NCBI GenBank assembly: GCA_902785575.1
Contig: CACZZF010000013.1
Coordinates: 52,867 to 116,866 of the forward strand
DNA: 64,000 nucleotides
Direction: 5' to 3'
Source: an uncultured Bacteroidia bacterium
GTDB lineage: Bacteria > Bacteroidota > Bacteroidia > Bacteroidales > UBA932
Shown: piece after piece, positions 18,419 through 27,300 of the stretch
Numbering within the stretch: position 1 is the stretch's first letter
Layout: each line of letters starts with the position of its first letter
Translations under genes and position numbers: made by a program
Notes under the pieces: generated by a model
Databases searched by the model: none
Told to the model about the DNA's origin: nothing
The model's input: the letters and a program-made list of their open reading frames with translations, nothing else

Positions 18419-19366
18419 TCACCACTCGAGGACGGCAGCTCCGGAAAGGAGTCCGGCTCCGAACGAGCTCAGCACTATGATATCGCCTTGCTTGAACATT
18501 CCCTTGCGGTTGCATTCGTCAAGAAGGATAGGGCAAGAAGCGGAAGATGAGTTGCCATGGTCATGGATATTGACAGGGAATCTATCCGCAGGCACCTGCA
18601 TAAAATCGATGATGGAGTCAATAATCCTTTTATTGGCTTGGTGAACCATGAACCAGGAAACATCCTCCTTATTGATGCCGACCTCGTCAAGAAGACTCTT
18701 CACACCATTGGTGCAGGCACCGACGGCGAAACGGAATACCTCACGGCCGCGCATCTGGAGCGGAATGTCAACTTCCGCTTTTTTGATGTAAGGAGTTGAT
18801 TCCAAAACCCTTCTCATGAACAACTTGTCAGTGTCAGGCTGGGCGTTTAGCTTGGTTCCTTTGATGTTATCTCCTTCAGTCAGCACCACGGCTCCGGCTC
18901 CGTCACCGAAGAGGACACAGGTGGCGCGGTCATCCCAACTCGCCATCCTGGTAGGCTCCTCAATGCATGCGATGAGGACATTCTTCACTTTTCCGGCCTT
19001 GTAATATGCCTCGGCCATGTCAAGGGCATATATGAATCCAGGGCAGGCGCAATTGATGTCGAACATGGGACATCTGAGGCCGATTTTCTCGGCCACGACG
19101 CAACTCATCCCGGGAGTGATATGCTCTGATACAACGTTAGAGACAATGAACAAATCGATATCCTCTACTCCGAGTCCTGACATCTCCAATGCCTTCATGG
19201 CCGCCTCGGCTCCCAAATCTTCGAGCCGCTCGTCAGAAATGACGTGTCTGGACTTGATTCCTGTGCGGGTGGTGATCCACTCGTCACTCGTGTCCAGAAA
19301 CTCGGAGAGCATTTCGTTGGTAACTATTTTTTTCGGAAGAGCGCTTCCGGTTCCAATGATTCTCAT
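18419..19366 (-). CDS. fabH: Beta-ketoacyl-ACP synthase III
   Basis: 315 aa. SDEWITTRTGI motif, Cys in DINCACPGFIYAL, His in MVHQANKRI, Asn in HGNSSSASCPILL. Confidence 0.85.
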   Translation of the reverse strand: MRIIGTGSALPKKIVTNEMLSEFLDTSDEWITTRTGIKSRHVISDERLEDLGAEAAMKALEMSGLGVEDIDLFIVSNVVSEHITPGMSCVVAEKIGLRCPMFDINCACPGFIYALDMAEAYYKAGKVKNVLIACIEEPTRMASWDDRATCVLFGDGAGAVVLTEGDNIKGTKLNAQPDTDKLFMRRVLESTPYIKKAEVDIPLQMRGREVFRFAVGACTNGVKSLLDEVGINKEDVSWFMVHQANKRIIDSIIDFMQVPADRFPVNIHDHGNSSSASCPILLDECNRKGMFKQGDIIVLSSFGAGLLSGAAVLEW

Positions 19367-19425
19367 ACTGTTTCTTTTGTTTTCGGTTGCGAAATTACCA
19401 ATCTTCCGGTCGGGTTCAAAATAAT

Positions 19426-19499
19426 TGTGGTGAATACTTCCCTTTGCGCGTGATATTTAATTAGAAGTGGTGAATTAGCGACATTTGTGGTGAAATACT
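19426..19499 (+). promoter_or_regulatory. Three phased direct repeats GTGGTGAA(T/A), candidate LytTR operator
   Basis: TGTGGTGAATACT at 19426-19438, GTGGTGAAT at 19467-19475, TGTGGTGAAATACT at 19486-19499. Repeat starts are 40 and 20 bp apart. They lie between divergent fabH and the LytTR gene. Confidence 0.4.
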
Positions 19500-19526
19500 A
19501 GGATGCCTATATTCCGAAATAAGTGT

Positions 19527-19534
19527 TATATTTG
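19527..19534 (+). promoter_or_regulatory. Candidate -7 box (TAnnTTTG) for the LytTR gene
   Basis: TATATTTG ends 19 nt before the ATG at 19553. It lies downstream of the GTG at 19523, which argues against that start. Confidence 0.35.
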
Positions 19535-19552
19535 CAGTCCCGAGGAAGAAAT

Positions 19553-20440
19553 ATGGCAATTACCAACCAGATTCCTGATTATTTCAGGGAGAAATACCAG
19601 TTGATTTACACCGTGACTTTCGCGGCGTTCTTCTCGATTGTGTTCCTGCTTCTCAGCTTACCATTTTCCCACAATAGCTGGATGGCCCTCGGGAATTCCA
19701 AGTTTTTTGCCTTCACCGTCCTTTTCGCCGCCGGATCACTGACGTTTGTCGCTTTGAGCCGCTATTTGATGTATAGGACCAGGAAGGTTCTGAGAATGAC
19801 TTACTTGGGTTACGTGGCATGGTGTATTGCCGAAGTTATAATAATCTGCCTGGCATATTCGTTCATCACGGTTCCGATCACCGGAATAGGGTGGGACCAG
19901 TTTCCCAAGACTCTTGGGAACGCCCTTCTTTATGGTGTCATATCCTTAATAATTCCGTACATCCTCGCGGGCATGTATTTCGCCTTGCAGGACAAGAATC
20001 AGACGATCCGTCTGATGAACTATGGGAATGTCGTCTTGGATGAGAATGTGCTCCCGTCTCGGCTGGAGAAGATAACTCTGTTCGACAATAGCGGGAACCT
20101 GAAACTTGTCGTCAGCGCTTCCAGCCTGTATTATTTGGAATCTGACGACAACTACATCATTGTCCGGTACACCGACAGCCGGGGCGACCTCAAGCGCTAC
20201 ATGATCCGCAGCAAGATGAAGACTGTGGAAGAGAGTTTCCGGGGCAGTAGTCTGGTGCGTTGCCACCGGAAATACCTGGTGAATATGGATAAGGTCAAGG
20301 TGCTGAGGAAGGAGAAAGATGGCTATGAGCTTGATTTGGACAATGACACAATACCTCCTATCCCTGTCTCCAAGACGTATGAGGGGAATGTCCTCGCAAG
20401 TTTCAATAACTCCCTCTTATCTCGTCAGCCTGTCAAGTGA
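19553..20440 (+). CDS. Membrane-anchored LytTR family DNA-binding protein (no receiver domain)
   Basis: About 4-5 N-terminal TM helices. C-terminal LytTR domain: LYYLESDDNYIIVRYTDSRGDLKRYMIRSKMKTVEESF...LVRCHRKYLVNMDKV. Confidence 0.75.
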   Translation: MAITNQIPDYFREKYQLIYTVTFAAFFSIVFLLLSLPFSHNSWMALGNSKFFAFTVLFAAGSLTFVALSRYLMYRTRKVLRMTYLGYVAWCIAEVIIICLAYSFITVPITGIGWDQFPKTLGNALLYGVISLIIPYILAGMYFALQDKNQTIRLMNYGNVVLDENVLPSRLEKITLFDNSGNLKLVVSASSLYYLESDDNYIIVRYTDSRGDLKRYMIRSKMKTVEESFRGSSLVRCHRKYLVNMDKVKVLRKEKDGYELDLDNDTIPPIPVSKTYEGNVLASFNNSLLSRQPVK

Positions 20441-21286
20441 CAACTCCACCAACTGACGGACCATTGCCTTGTAGTCCGGGTTACTGCTCTTGAGGTAGCG
20501 GTTGGCTATAGCGCAGCAAATAGTTCCGGCCTTGTGACCCAAATGCTTTGCCAGACCAGCGACAGCGGATCCTTCCATCTCAAAGTTGGTGATCCTGTAT
20601 TCCCCGAACCTGAACGTCTCGAATTTCTCAAGCATGTCCGGCATGGCGAGACCGAGCCTGACGACTCGTCCTTGTGGACCGTAAAAACCTGGGGCGGAGA
20701 GGGTGATACCCTTTACCGAGCAGTCCTCAAACCTGCTGATCAAATCGTCGCTCGCCTTGATGAAATAAGGTGAAGGAAGGTGCTTGTCCCAACCTGTATG
20801 CTCCTTGAAAGCATCTTCCATCTCCTGGTTTGTGATCAGCTCCCTATTGGCATACCAGTTCAGAAGACCGTCGCAACCGATGGAGTAGTGGGAGAATATG
20901 GGTGACCCGATCGGGATGTCAGGTTGTATGGCTCCGGTCGTGCCGATCCTGAGGATCGTCAGTTCCCTATGCTCGGCTTTGGGCTCCCGGGTCTGGAAAT
21001 CCACATTGGCGAGAGCATCCAATTCTGTCAAAACTATGTCGCAATTATCCGTGCCGATTCCTGTTGACAGGGCGGTCAAGCGCTTCCCGTTATAATTGCC
21101 GGTGATGGAGACGAACTCCCTGCTGGCGTGACGGAACTCTACGTCAGAGAGATAATATCCGATCATATCCACCCTGCCCGGGTCGCCTACAAGTATCACT
21201 ATATCAGCGAGTTCCTCTGGCCTCATATGGATGTGGAACGCGGATCCGTCGTCGTTGATTATGAGTTCTGATTCAGCTATTCTCAT
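20417..21286 (-). CDS. Nucleoside phosphorylase (PNP/UDP family 1, uridine phosphorylase-like)
   Basis: 289 aa. ILVGDPGRV, STGIGTDNCDIVLTEL and FEMEGSAVAGLA motifs. Confidence 0.75.
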   Translation of the reverse strand: MRIAESELIINDDGSAFHIHMRPEELADIVILVGDPGRVDMIGYYLSDVEFRHASREFVSITGNYNGKRLTALSTGIGTDNCDIVLTELDALANVDFQTREPKAEHRELTILRIGTTGAIQPDIPIGSPIFSHYSIGCDGLLNWYANRELITNQEMEDAFKEHTGWDKHLPSPYFIKASDDLISRFEDCSVKGITLSAPGFYGPQGRVVRLGLAMPDMLEKFETFRFGEYRITNFEMEGSAVAGLAKHLGHKAGTICCAIANRYLKSSNPDYKAMVRQLVELSLDRLTR

Positions 21287-21355
21287 GGTGTCTTTAGTTT
21301 TATGTGGATTTCAAATATAAGAAATTTCGCTGGAATTCACTATTTTCGCGTCACT

Positions 21356-21781
21356 ATGTGGCAAAGAATCCAGACATTGTATCTCGCGATCGCGACCGCT
21401 TTGGTCGTGACGCTTTTCTTTTGTGTGAAGTCTTTTATGGTGGGACCTGGCGGTGCTCATATTGATGAGGTCAAGTACATCAGTTTCATCCCGTACGCCA
21501 TCCTGCTGGTGTTAACAGCGATTCTTCAGGTCATCGCCTTGTTCACGTTCAATGTGAGAGTGCTTCAGATGCGCACGGCAGTCCTGTCCGCGCTCATCCT
21601 GCTCGGTCTTCAAGGTTGGCTGGTGTTTGATTACATGACGGCTGCGGACGGGGTCCTGTTCCGCTGGACGGCAATTTTACCGCTATTGGCCGCTATTCTT
21701 GATTTCATGGCCGCCAGGCGTATATTGAGGGATCAGTTGCTTGTCGAAAGCATTTCCCACTTGCGCTCCCGAAAACGCTAA
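21356..21781 (+). CDS. DUF4293-like small membrane protein
   Basis: N-terminus MWQRIQTLYLAIA followed by 4 TM helices. ATG at 21356 is preferred to 21302. Confidence 0.6.
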   Translation: MWQRIQTLYLAIATALVVTLFFCVKSFMVGPGGAHIDEVKYISFIPYAILLVLTAILQVIALFTFNVRVLQMRTAVLSALILLGLQGWLVFDYMTAADGVLFRWTAILPLLAAILDFMAARRILRDQLLVESISHLRSRKR

Positions 21782-21795
21782 GTGCCTTGGCCGCG

Positions 21796-21873
21796 GTGCC
21801 GGGTGTCGTCCCGGCTCCCTGCGCTTCGCGCCCTATCCGGGTAAATGGTCGCCGGTGGCGACACCCGGACACC
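21796..21873. repeat. GC-rich hairpin repeat (family with core CTCCCTRCGCTTCGCGCCCTATCCGGGTAAATG), intergenic copy
   Basis: Arms GGTGCCGGGTGTCG (21796-21809) and CGACACCCGGACACC (21859-21873) are complementary. Core 21810-21847 matches 28172-28210 in reverse orientation at 37 of 39 positions. Confidence 0.65.
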
Positions 21874-21886
21874 GGGGACGTTGGAT

Positions 21887-22147
21887 TTACGGGACAGGGT
21901 CGTATCCGCTGCCGCCCCACGGGTTACAGCGCAAGACCCTCCAGACAGTCAGATACAATCCTTTGAACGGTCCCCATTTGCGGAACGCCTCAATGGCGTA
22001 GGTCGAGCAGGAAGGCTCGAAACGGCAAGTCTTGGGAATATAAGGACCGATACACTTGCGGTAGAACCAGATAAGGGCAAGGAAGGGGGCGGACAAGACG
22101 TCCCTCACAACCTTGCGCCAATGAGGTATGCTATAACTGTCTTTCAT
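21887..22147 (-). CDS. yidD: Membrane protein insertion efficiency factor YidD
   Basis: CRFEPSCSTYAIEA...RCNPWGGSGYDPVP signature; located downstream of rnpA. Confidence 0.9.
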   Translation of the reverse strand: MKDSYSIPHWRKVVRDVLSAPFLALIWFYRKCIGPYIPKTCRFEPSCSTYAIEAFRKWGPFKGLYLTVWRVLRCNPWGGSGYDPVP

Positions 22148-22490
22148 CTGCCACTTTTTTCAGGATCTCGGCGACTTCTTCCTTAATGGTCTGGAAATCA
22201 TTTATTTCCTTAGAATTGTATAAGAACAGTATGTCCGTTGAAGATGGCCCGAGTATGGATTTTTGAGTCCTGTAGGCTTCCCTCAGACGGCGCTTGAGGA
22301 GATTCCTTTTTACCGCTCTTTTGAAAAAGCGTTTCGGCACGGAGACCATGATCCTGTTAGGCTCATCGGATGATTCGTTTCGCAGATAGCAATACTTAAG
22401 GCCGCGCGAGAAACCCCAGCGGCCCTTTGACATCAGAGCCGAAACCGCGATCTTGCCCCTGAGGCGCTCGGATTTCGGTAAGGTGTCCAT
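22131..22490 (-). CDS. rnpA: Ribonuclease P protein component
   Basis: 119 aa, basic. KAVKRNLLKRRLREAY (RNR-like) motif; synteny with yidD. Confidence 0.85.
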   Translation of the reverse strand: MDTLPKSERLRGKIAVSALMSKGRWGFSRGLKYCYLRNESSDEPNRIMVSVPKRFFKRAVKRNLLKRRLREAYRTQKSILGPSSTDILFLYNSKEINDFQTIKEEVAEILKKVADERQL

Positions 22491-22495
22491 TTTAT

Positions 22496-23239
22496 CTATT
22501 TCTGTTCCTGCAAATAAAGCTCGATGGCGCGCGCTACCGAGGGCGCCTCCGGAGTAGGAGCCTTGACCTCGATTGTAAGACCGGCCTCTTCCATAGCCTT
22601 GACTATGGATTTGCCGAATGAGACGAACTTTATGTCACCCTGCTTGAAGTCGGGGAAATTCTCAAAAAGGGACTGGACATCGGAAGGATTGTAGAAGACT
22701 ATCATGTCATATTCCTTCAGGTCCATATCCTTAAGATCCTGAGGCACGCTCTTGATGAAAACGGCTGTCTGATAGGAGATTCCCTCAGCATCAAGAAGAC
22801 GGGTGAGTGTCGAGCTGCCGTTGGAGTCCGACTGGGTCACCAGGAATTTCTCTCCTTTATGCTTGGTGCCGATCTGCTCAATAACAGACTCGGGAGTGCC
22901 GTTTCCGAAGAATATCTTGCGCTTGCGGTAGACAATGTGCTTCTGGAGATACATCGCGACAGCCTCTGTTGTGCAGAAATACTTCATAGTCTCAGGCACC
23001 TTAACCCTCAGTTCGTCGCATAATCCATAGAAAGCATCGATGGCGTGACGTGATGAGAATACTACAGCGGTGTAATCCAGGATGTTGATTCTCTGGGCAC
23101 GGAACTCTCTGGAAGTCAAAGGTTCGACGACAAAGAACTGATGGAAGGTGATGTCCACGCCATAGTTCTCTTTCAGGGCGACATAAGGGGCGTCCTTTAG
23201 AGGGGCGCGTTGGGAGATCAATATCTTCTTGATAGCCAT
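22496..23239 (-). CDS. Uroporphyrinogen-III synthase (HemD) family protein
   Basis: 247 aa two-lobe alpha/beta pattern. Conserved Bacteroidales position upstream of rnpA. The call is by synteny and overall resemblance only. Confidence 0.6.
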   Translation of the reverse strand: MAIKKILISQRAPLKDAPYVALKENYGVDITFHQFFVVEPLTSREFRAQRINILDYTAVVFSSRHAIDAFYGLCDELRVKVPETMKYFCTTEAVAMYLQKHIVYRKRKIFFGNGTPESVIEQIGTKHKGEKFLVTQSDSNGSSTLTRLLDAEGISYQTAVFIKSVPQDLKDMDLKEYDMIVFYNPSDVQSLFENFPDFKQGDIKFVSFGKSIVKAMEEAGLTIEVKAPTPEAPSVARAIELYLQEQK

Positions 23240-23272
23240 TCGTTTACTGTTTACATTCCGCCTGCGCTCCGC

Positions 23273-23914
23273 TTATAAAAGCCTCTCAGAGAGAATTAAA
23301 GCGGCAGTCGGGAGCAATTCAAGGCTGCAAAGATACAAAAATGTCGAAAAAGGATTGCAAACGGATGCGAAAATCTGTCCTCGACGGAATATATAAACGA
23401 TATAGGTCACTCCGATTTCCCAAAGCATGATAGTCCTCACTGTTGAGGAAGAGCCTCCCAGGAGCCTCGTGATACCAGCGGTCAAGAACAACAGGAAGAA
23501 CAACAGGACACAGTAGTTGTAGAAAGACCTGTTGGCCGCCGTGAAAGTCGATGATCCATAATTGTGCATCTCCAGCTGCCAATTGAGGAATGTCTTCAGC
23601 AGCAGATACACTAGGAATACCCCCATGACGACAGTGAACTGGAGAGTCTGCGGCAGCCACTGCAGGAACTCCGGGGAATAGAGGCCGTTATAGTAGACAA
23701 GCAGACAAAAAGGGACGAATAGGATCGCGGCTATCCAGTTGCGGCTCCTGCATAGTTGTATGCTGTCCTCAAGATCCAGGTTCCCCTTCCATCTGGTGGC
23801 GCAATCCAGTAATGAGGGAGTGATCTTCAGCAAACTCTTCAGATTCAGCAGAAAGAGTAGCGTGAAGAACACGACCAGCGCGCAGAATACAGGATTGTCC
23901 AGGAGCTCTGTCAT
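23273..23914 (-). CDS. DUF4271-like polytopic membrane protein
   Basis: 213 aa with about 6 TM helices. Usual neighbour of the hemD-like gene in Bacteroidales. Confidence 0.5.
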   Translation of the reverse strand: MTELLDNPVFCALVVFFTLLFLLNLKSLLKITPSLLDCATRWKGNLDLEDSIQLCRSRNWIAAILFVPFCLLVYYNGLYSPEFLQWLPQTLQFTVVMGVFLVYLLLKTFLNWQLEMHNYGSSTFTAANRSFYNYCVLLFFLLFLTAGITRLLGGSSSTVRTIMLWEIGVTYIVYIFRRGQIFASVCNPFSTFLYLCSLELLPTAALILSERLL

Positions 23915-23927
23915 CTTAAGTCACTTT

Positions 23928-24275
23928 TCAGTTGCCCCTTTTCGCGTTGTAACCGAGCTGTTTAAGCAATTCTGTGACCTTGTCGCGGAAATCTCCCTGA
24001 ACTGTGATTTCCCCATCTTTCGCCGATCCTCCCACTCCACATTTGACTTTGAGGGTCCTTCCCAACTCGGCCAGATCCTCCTGGGTGCCTTGGAATCCGG
24101 TCACCAATGTCACCTGCTTGCCACCTCTGTTCCTTCTGTCGATAGATACGATCAGACGCTGCTTGGAAGGCGGAAGAGTCTCCACCAAATCCTCTTCTGA
24201 TGAGGAATAATCAAAATCGGGATTTGTCGAGTAGACTACCCCGAGTCGTTGTTTCCAATCGTTGTCCTGCTTCAT
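23928..24275 (-). CDS. SUI1/YciH family translation initiation factor-like protein
   Basis: RRNRGGKQVTLVTGFQG...LKVKCGVGGSAKDGEITVQGDFRDKVTELLKQLGY matches the SUI1 fold signature. Confidence 0.85.
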   Translation of the reverse strand: MKQDNDWKQRLGVVYSTNPDFDYSSSEEDLVETLPPSKQRLIVSIDRRNRGGKQVTLVTGFQGTQEDLAELGRTLKVKCGVGGSAKDGEITVQGDFRDKVTELLKQLGYNAKRGN

Positions 24276-24325
24276 TTTCCCGTATCAATTTTCGCGAAGA
24301 TAGGTATTCCTTTTATATCTTTTTG

Positions 24326-24333
24326 TAAATTTG
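24326..24333 (+). promoter_or_regulatory. Candidate -7 box (TAnnTTTG)
   Basis: TAAATTTG ends 23 nt upstream of the ATG at 24356. Confidence 0.35.
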
Positions 24334-24355
24334 TCCGGAATATGCCTTATTATTT

Positions 24356-27300
24356 ATGGACAGCAAAAAATTCAAACAATGGAATCTTCTGACCGCGGCG
24401 GTGGTCTTCCTCATCTCCGCGTTCACATATCTTTCTACAATAGAGCCGACCGCGTCGTTCTGGGATTGCGGTGAGTTTATCGCCTCATCATATAAGCTTG
24501 AGGTGGGCCACCCCCCGGGAAACCCTGTCTTCCAGATAATCGCCAGGTTTTTCACGATGTTCACAGGCCCTTCCAAGGCTGCCGTGATGGTCAATTGCAT
24601 GAGTGCCCTTTGCTCTGCGCTGACCATATTCTTCCTGTATCTGACTATCGTCTTTTTCACTAAGAGGCTGATTATTCCGAAGAAAAGACCGGACGGCAGC
24701 GCCGGGGATTATTCCATCGGTGAGTCTATAGCGATATTCGGTAGCGGCGCCGTGGGAGCCCTCGCGTATTGCTTCTCCGATACGTTCTGGTTCTCAGCTG
24801 TTGAGGGTGAGGTCTATGCCATGTCATCCCTTTTCACCGCTATTGTAGTGTGGGCGATGACAAAATGGTACGAGTCAGAGGACCGCAGGTACGCCAACAG
24901 GTGGATTGTGCTTATTTCCTTCCTGATGGGTCTTTCAATCGGAGTCCATGTGCTGAACTTGCTGGCTCTCCCGATGATCGTGTTCATGTATTACTACAAG
25001 ATCAGGGAAGACAAGCCATATTCTTTCTGGGAGTGTGTCAAGATTCTCGCGCTGTCGGCAGTCATCCTCGGAGTCTTGTTCTTCATAATGATTCCTTGGC
25101 TTCCGAAGATGGCCGCATATTTCGACCTGATTTTTGTCAACGGTTTCGGACTGCCATACAACACAGGAGCCGCCGTCTTTGTCCTGGGTATCATCGGGCT
25201 TTGCTTCTGGGGACTTTTCAAGACTCTGGAGAAGGGGAAAGTGTTCTGGAACACGGCTTTGCTTTGCTTCACGACCATCTTGATCGGATTCTCGATATTC
25301 AGCGTGGTGATCATCCGCTCCAGCGTCAAGCCTCCGACAAACGAGTATCAGCCGGACAACGCGTTCACACTGGTGCGTTATCTTTCCCGTGAACAGTACG
25401 GTTCTGTCCCGCTTGTTTACGGCCAGTATTTCGGTGCTCCTTATGATCTCAAGCAAGGCACCTATTGGGCCCCTTTGAACGGGAAATACAAGAAGGTCCC
25501 CAGCCCGGTCGAGCCGGTTTATGACGCCTCCGGAAAGATGCTTTTCCCGAGAATGTATAGCAATGATGATCGCTCCATCAAGTTCTATCAGACCTATATG
25601 AACGGCAAGGGCATAACTGTGCCGGGAGCGGAGTACAAAAAACCTACATTCGGGGCTAACTTGAAGTATTTCTTTGACTTCCAGCTCGGATGGATGTATT
25701 GGAGATACTTCATGTGGAACTTTGTCGGGCGCCAGAACGAGATTCATGCCCCGCAAGCTGACCTTTTCACAGGCAACTGGGAAAGTGGGATCAAGGTCAT
25801 AGACAGGATCCATCTGGGCGACCAGGATAACGCTCCGACTTGGCTGAAGGAGAACAAGGGCAAAAACCACCTCTTCTTCCTGCCCCTGCTTCTAGGCTTG
25901 TTGGGTTTGCTGTTCCAGTTCGACAGGGACAAAAGGGGTTGCTGGCTTACTTTCCTGCTATTCTTCCTGACAGGAATAGCTGTTGTGATGTACCTCAACC
26001 AGCCTCCTTTCCAGGTCAGGGAGAGGGATTATGCCTATGCCGGTTCATTCTATGCCTTCACAATTTGGATAGGCTTCGCTGTTGCCGCCATATATTCTTG
26101 GATAACAGGAGCTTTGAAGAATAAGAACACCACCGCCGTGGCTGCGGCGACGACATTGGTTTGCCTTTGCGTTCCCGCCCTCATGTGCGCTCAGGAGTGG
26201 GATGACCACGACAGGAGCCACCGCAGGACAGCTGTGGAGGTAGCCTACAACTATCTGAATTCCGTAGGCCCGAATGGATTGTTGGTGACCCATGGCGACA
26301 ATGACACCTTCCCTTTGTGGTATGCCCAGGAGGTTGAGGAGATCAGGAATGACGTGAGGATACTCAACACATCATTGCTCGGAACCGACTGGTACATTGA
26401 CCAGATGAGATATGCGATCAACAACGCCGCTCCTTTGACCCTTTCAATCGGACAAGAGCAATATCTATATGGCACCAATGATTGGGTATTAATCCAGGAC
26501 AGCAGGAACCAGGCGGTACCTATCTCCGAATGCATCAAAGTTTTCAAGCATCCCGATGCCAAACTCATGACCCAGGACGGCCGTAAGCTGGATTACTGGG
26601 TCTCGAGGAAGATGATCATACCTGTCAACAAGGAGAACTGTCTTAAGTCGGGGATCGTCAGCCCCAAGTTCGCTGACATGATTCCTGAGTCGATTGTGCT
26701 TGAGATACCTCAAGGTAAGACCGGACTTACCAAACCTGAGCTCTTCATGCTGGATCTCCTTGCTAACTACAAGTGGGACAGGCCTCTTAACTTGCTTAAC
26801 CAGGGAGGTGATCTCAATATCGGCCTTAAGGAGTATTTGATGTATGACGGGTTCTCATACCGTTTCATCCCTATCAAGAACAAGGTGGAGTCCTTCAATA
26901 TCGGCCTTGTAGACACGGATGACCTCTATAAGAAACTGACTGAGACTTTCAAGTTCGATGCTGTCGGTGCTGATAATTATCTGGTTGATTATCAGAATAT
27001 TTACACCTTTATGGGTGTGATGTCCATTCGCAATCTCTTAGTCTCTTCGGCGGATGCCTTTATGGAGGCAGGGGAAAAGGATAGGGCGGAGAAAGTCCTG
27101 GATATGTGCCGGCAGATCATGAGACCTGACAGGTATCCTTACGACAACACTTTGTTCGGCTGGAGTTCCAACGCCTTGTTCCCGATAGAGATGGCTCGTT
27201 GCTACTATGGCCTTGGCAAGCCGGAAAAGGCTCGCGAGGTGATTGGCGAGATCGATAAGGAGTTGAAGGAGTCAATCGGTTTGTTCCTTGATTTCTACCC

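Noticed and set aside
21741-22186. ORFs 21741-22001 and 21845-22186 (+), spanning the intergenic repeat and running antisense into yidD
   Set aside because: They are created by the stop-free GC-rich hairpin repeat. The shared peptide SLRFAPYPGK reflects nucleotide repeat identity, not a protein family.
24935-25870. 311-aa minus-strand ORF; similar long antisense ORFs lie at 217-831, 9979-10650, 28790-29677, 33042-33710, 40655-41515, 42298-43260, 47105-47851, 49883-50608, 57465-58178 and 59983-60546
   Set aside because: Each lies fully inside, and antisense to, a CDS with strong family motifs. The compositions are low-complexity and Arg/Gly/Pro/His-rich, and none has a plausible promoter or start context.
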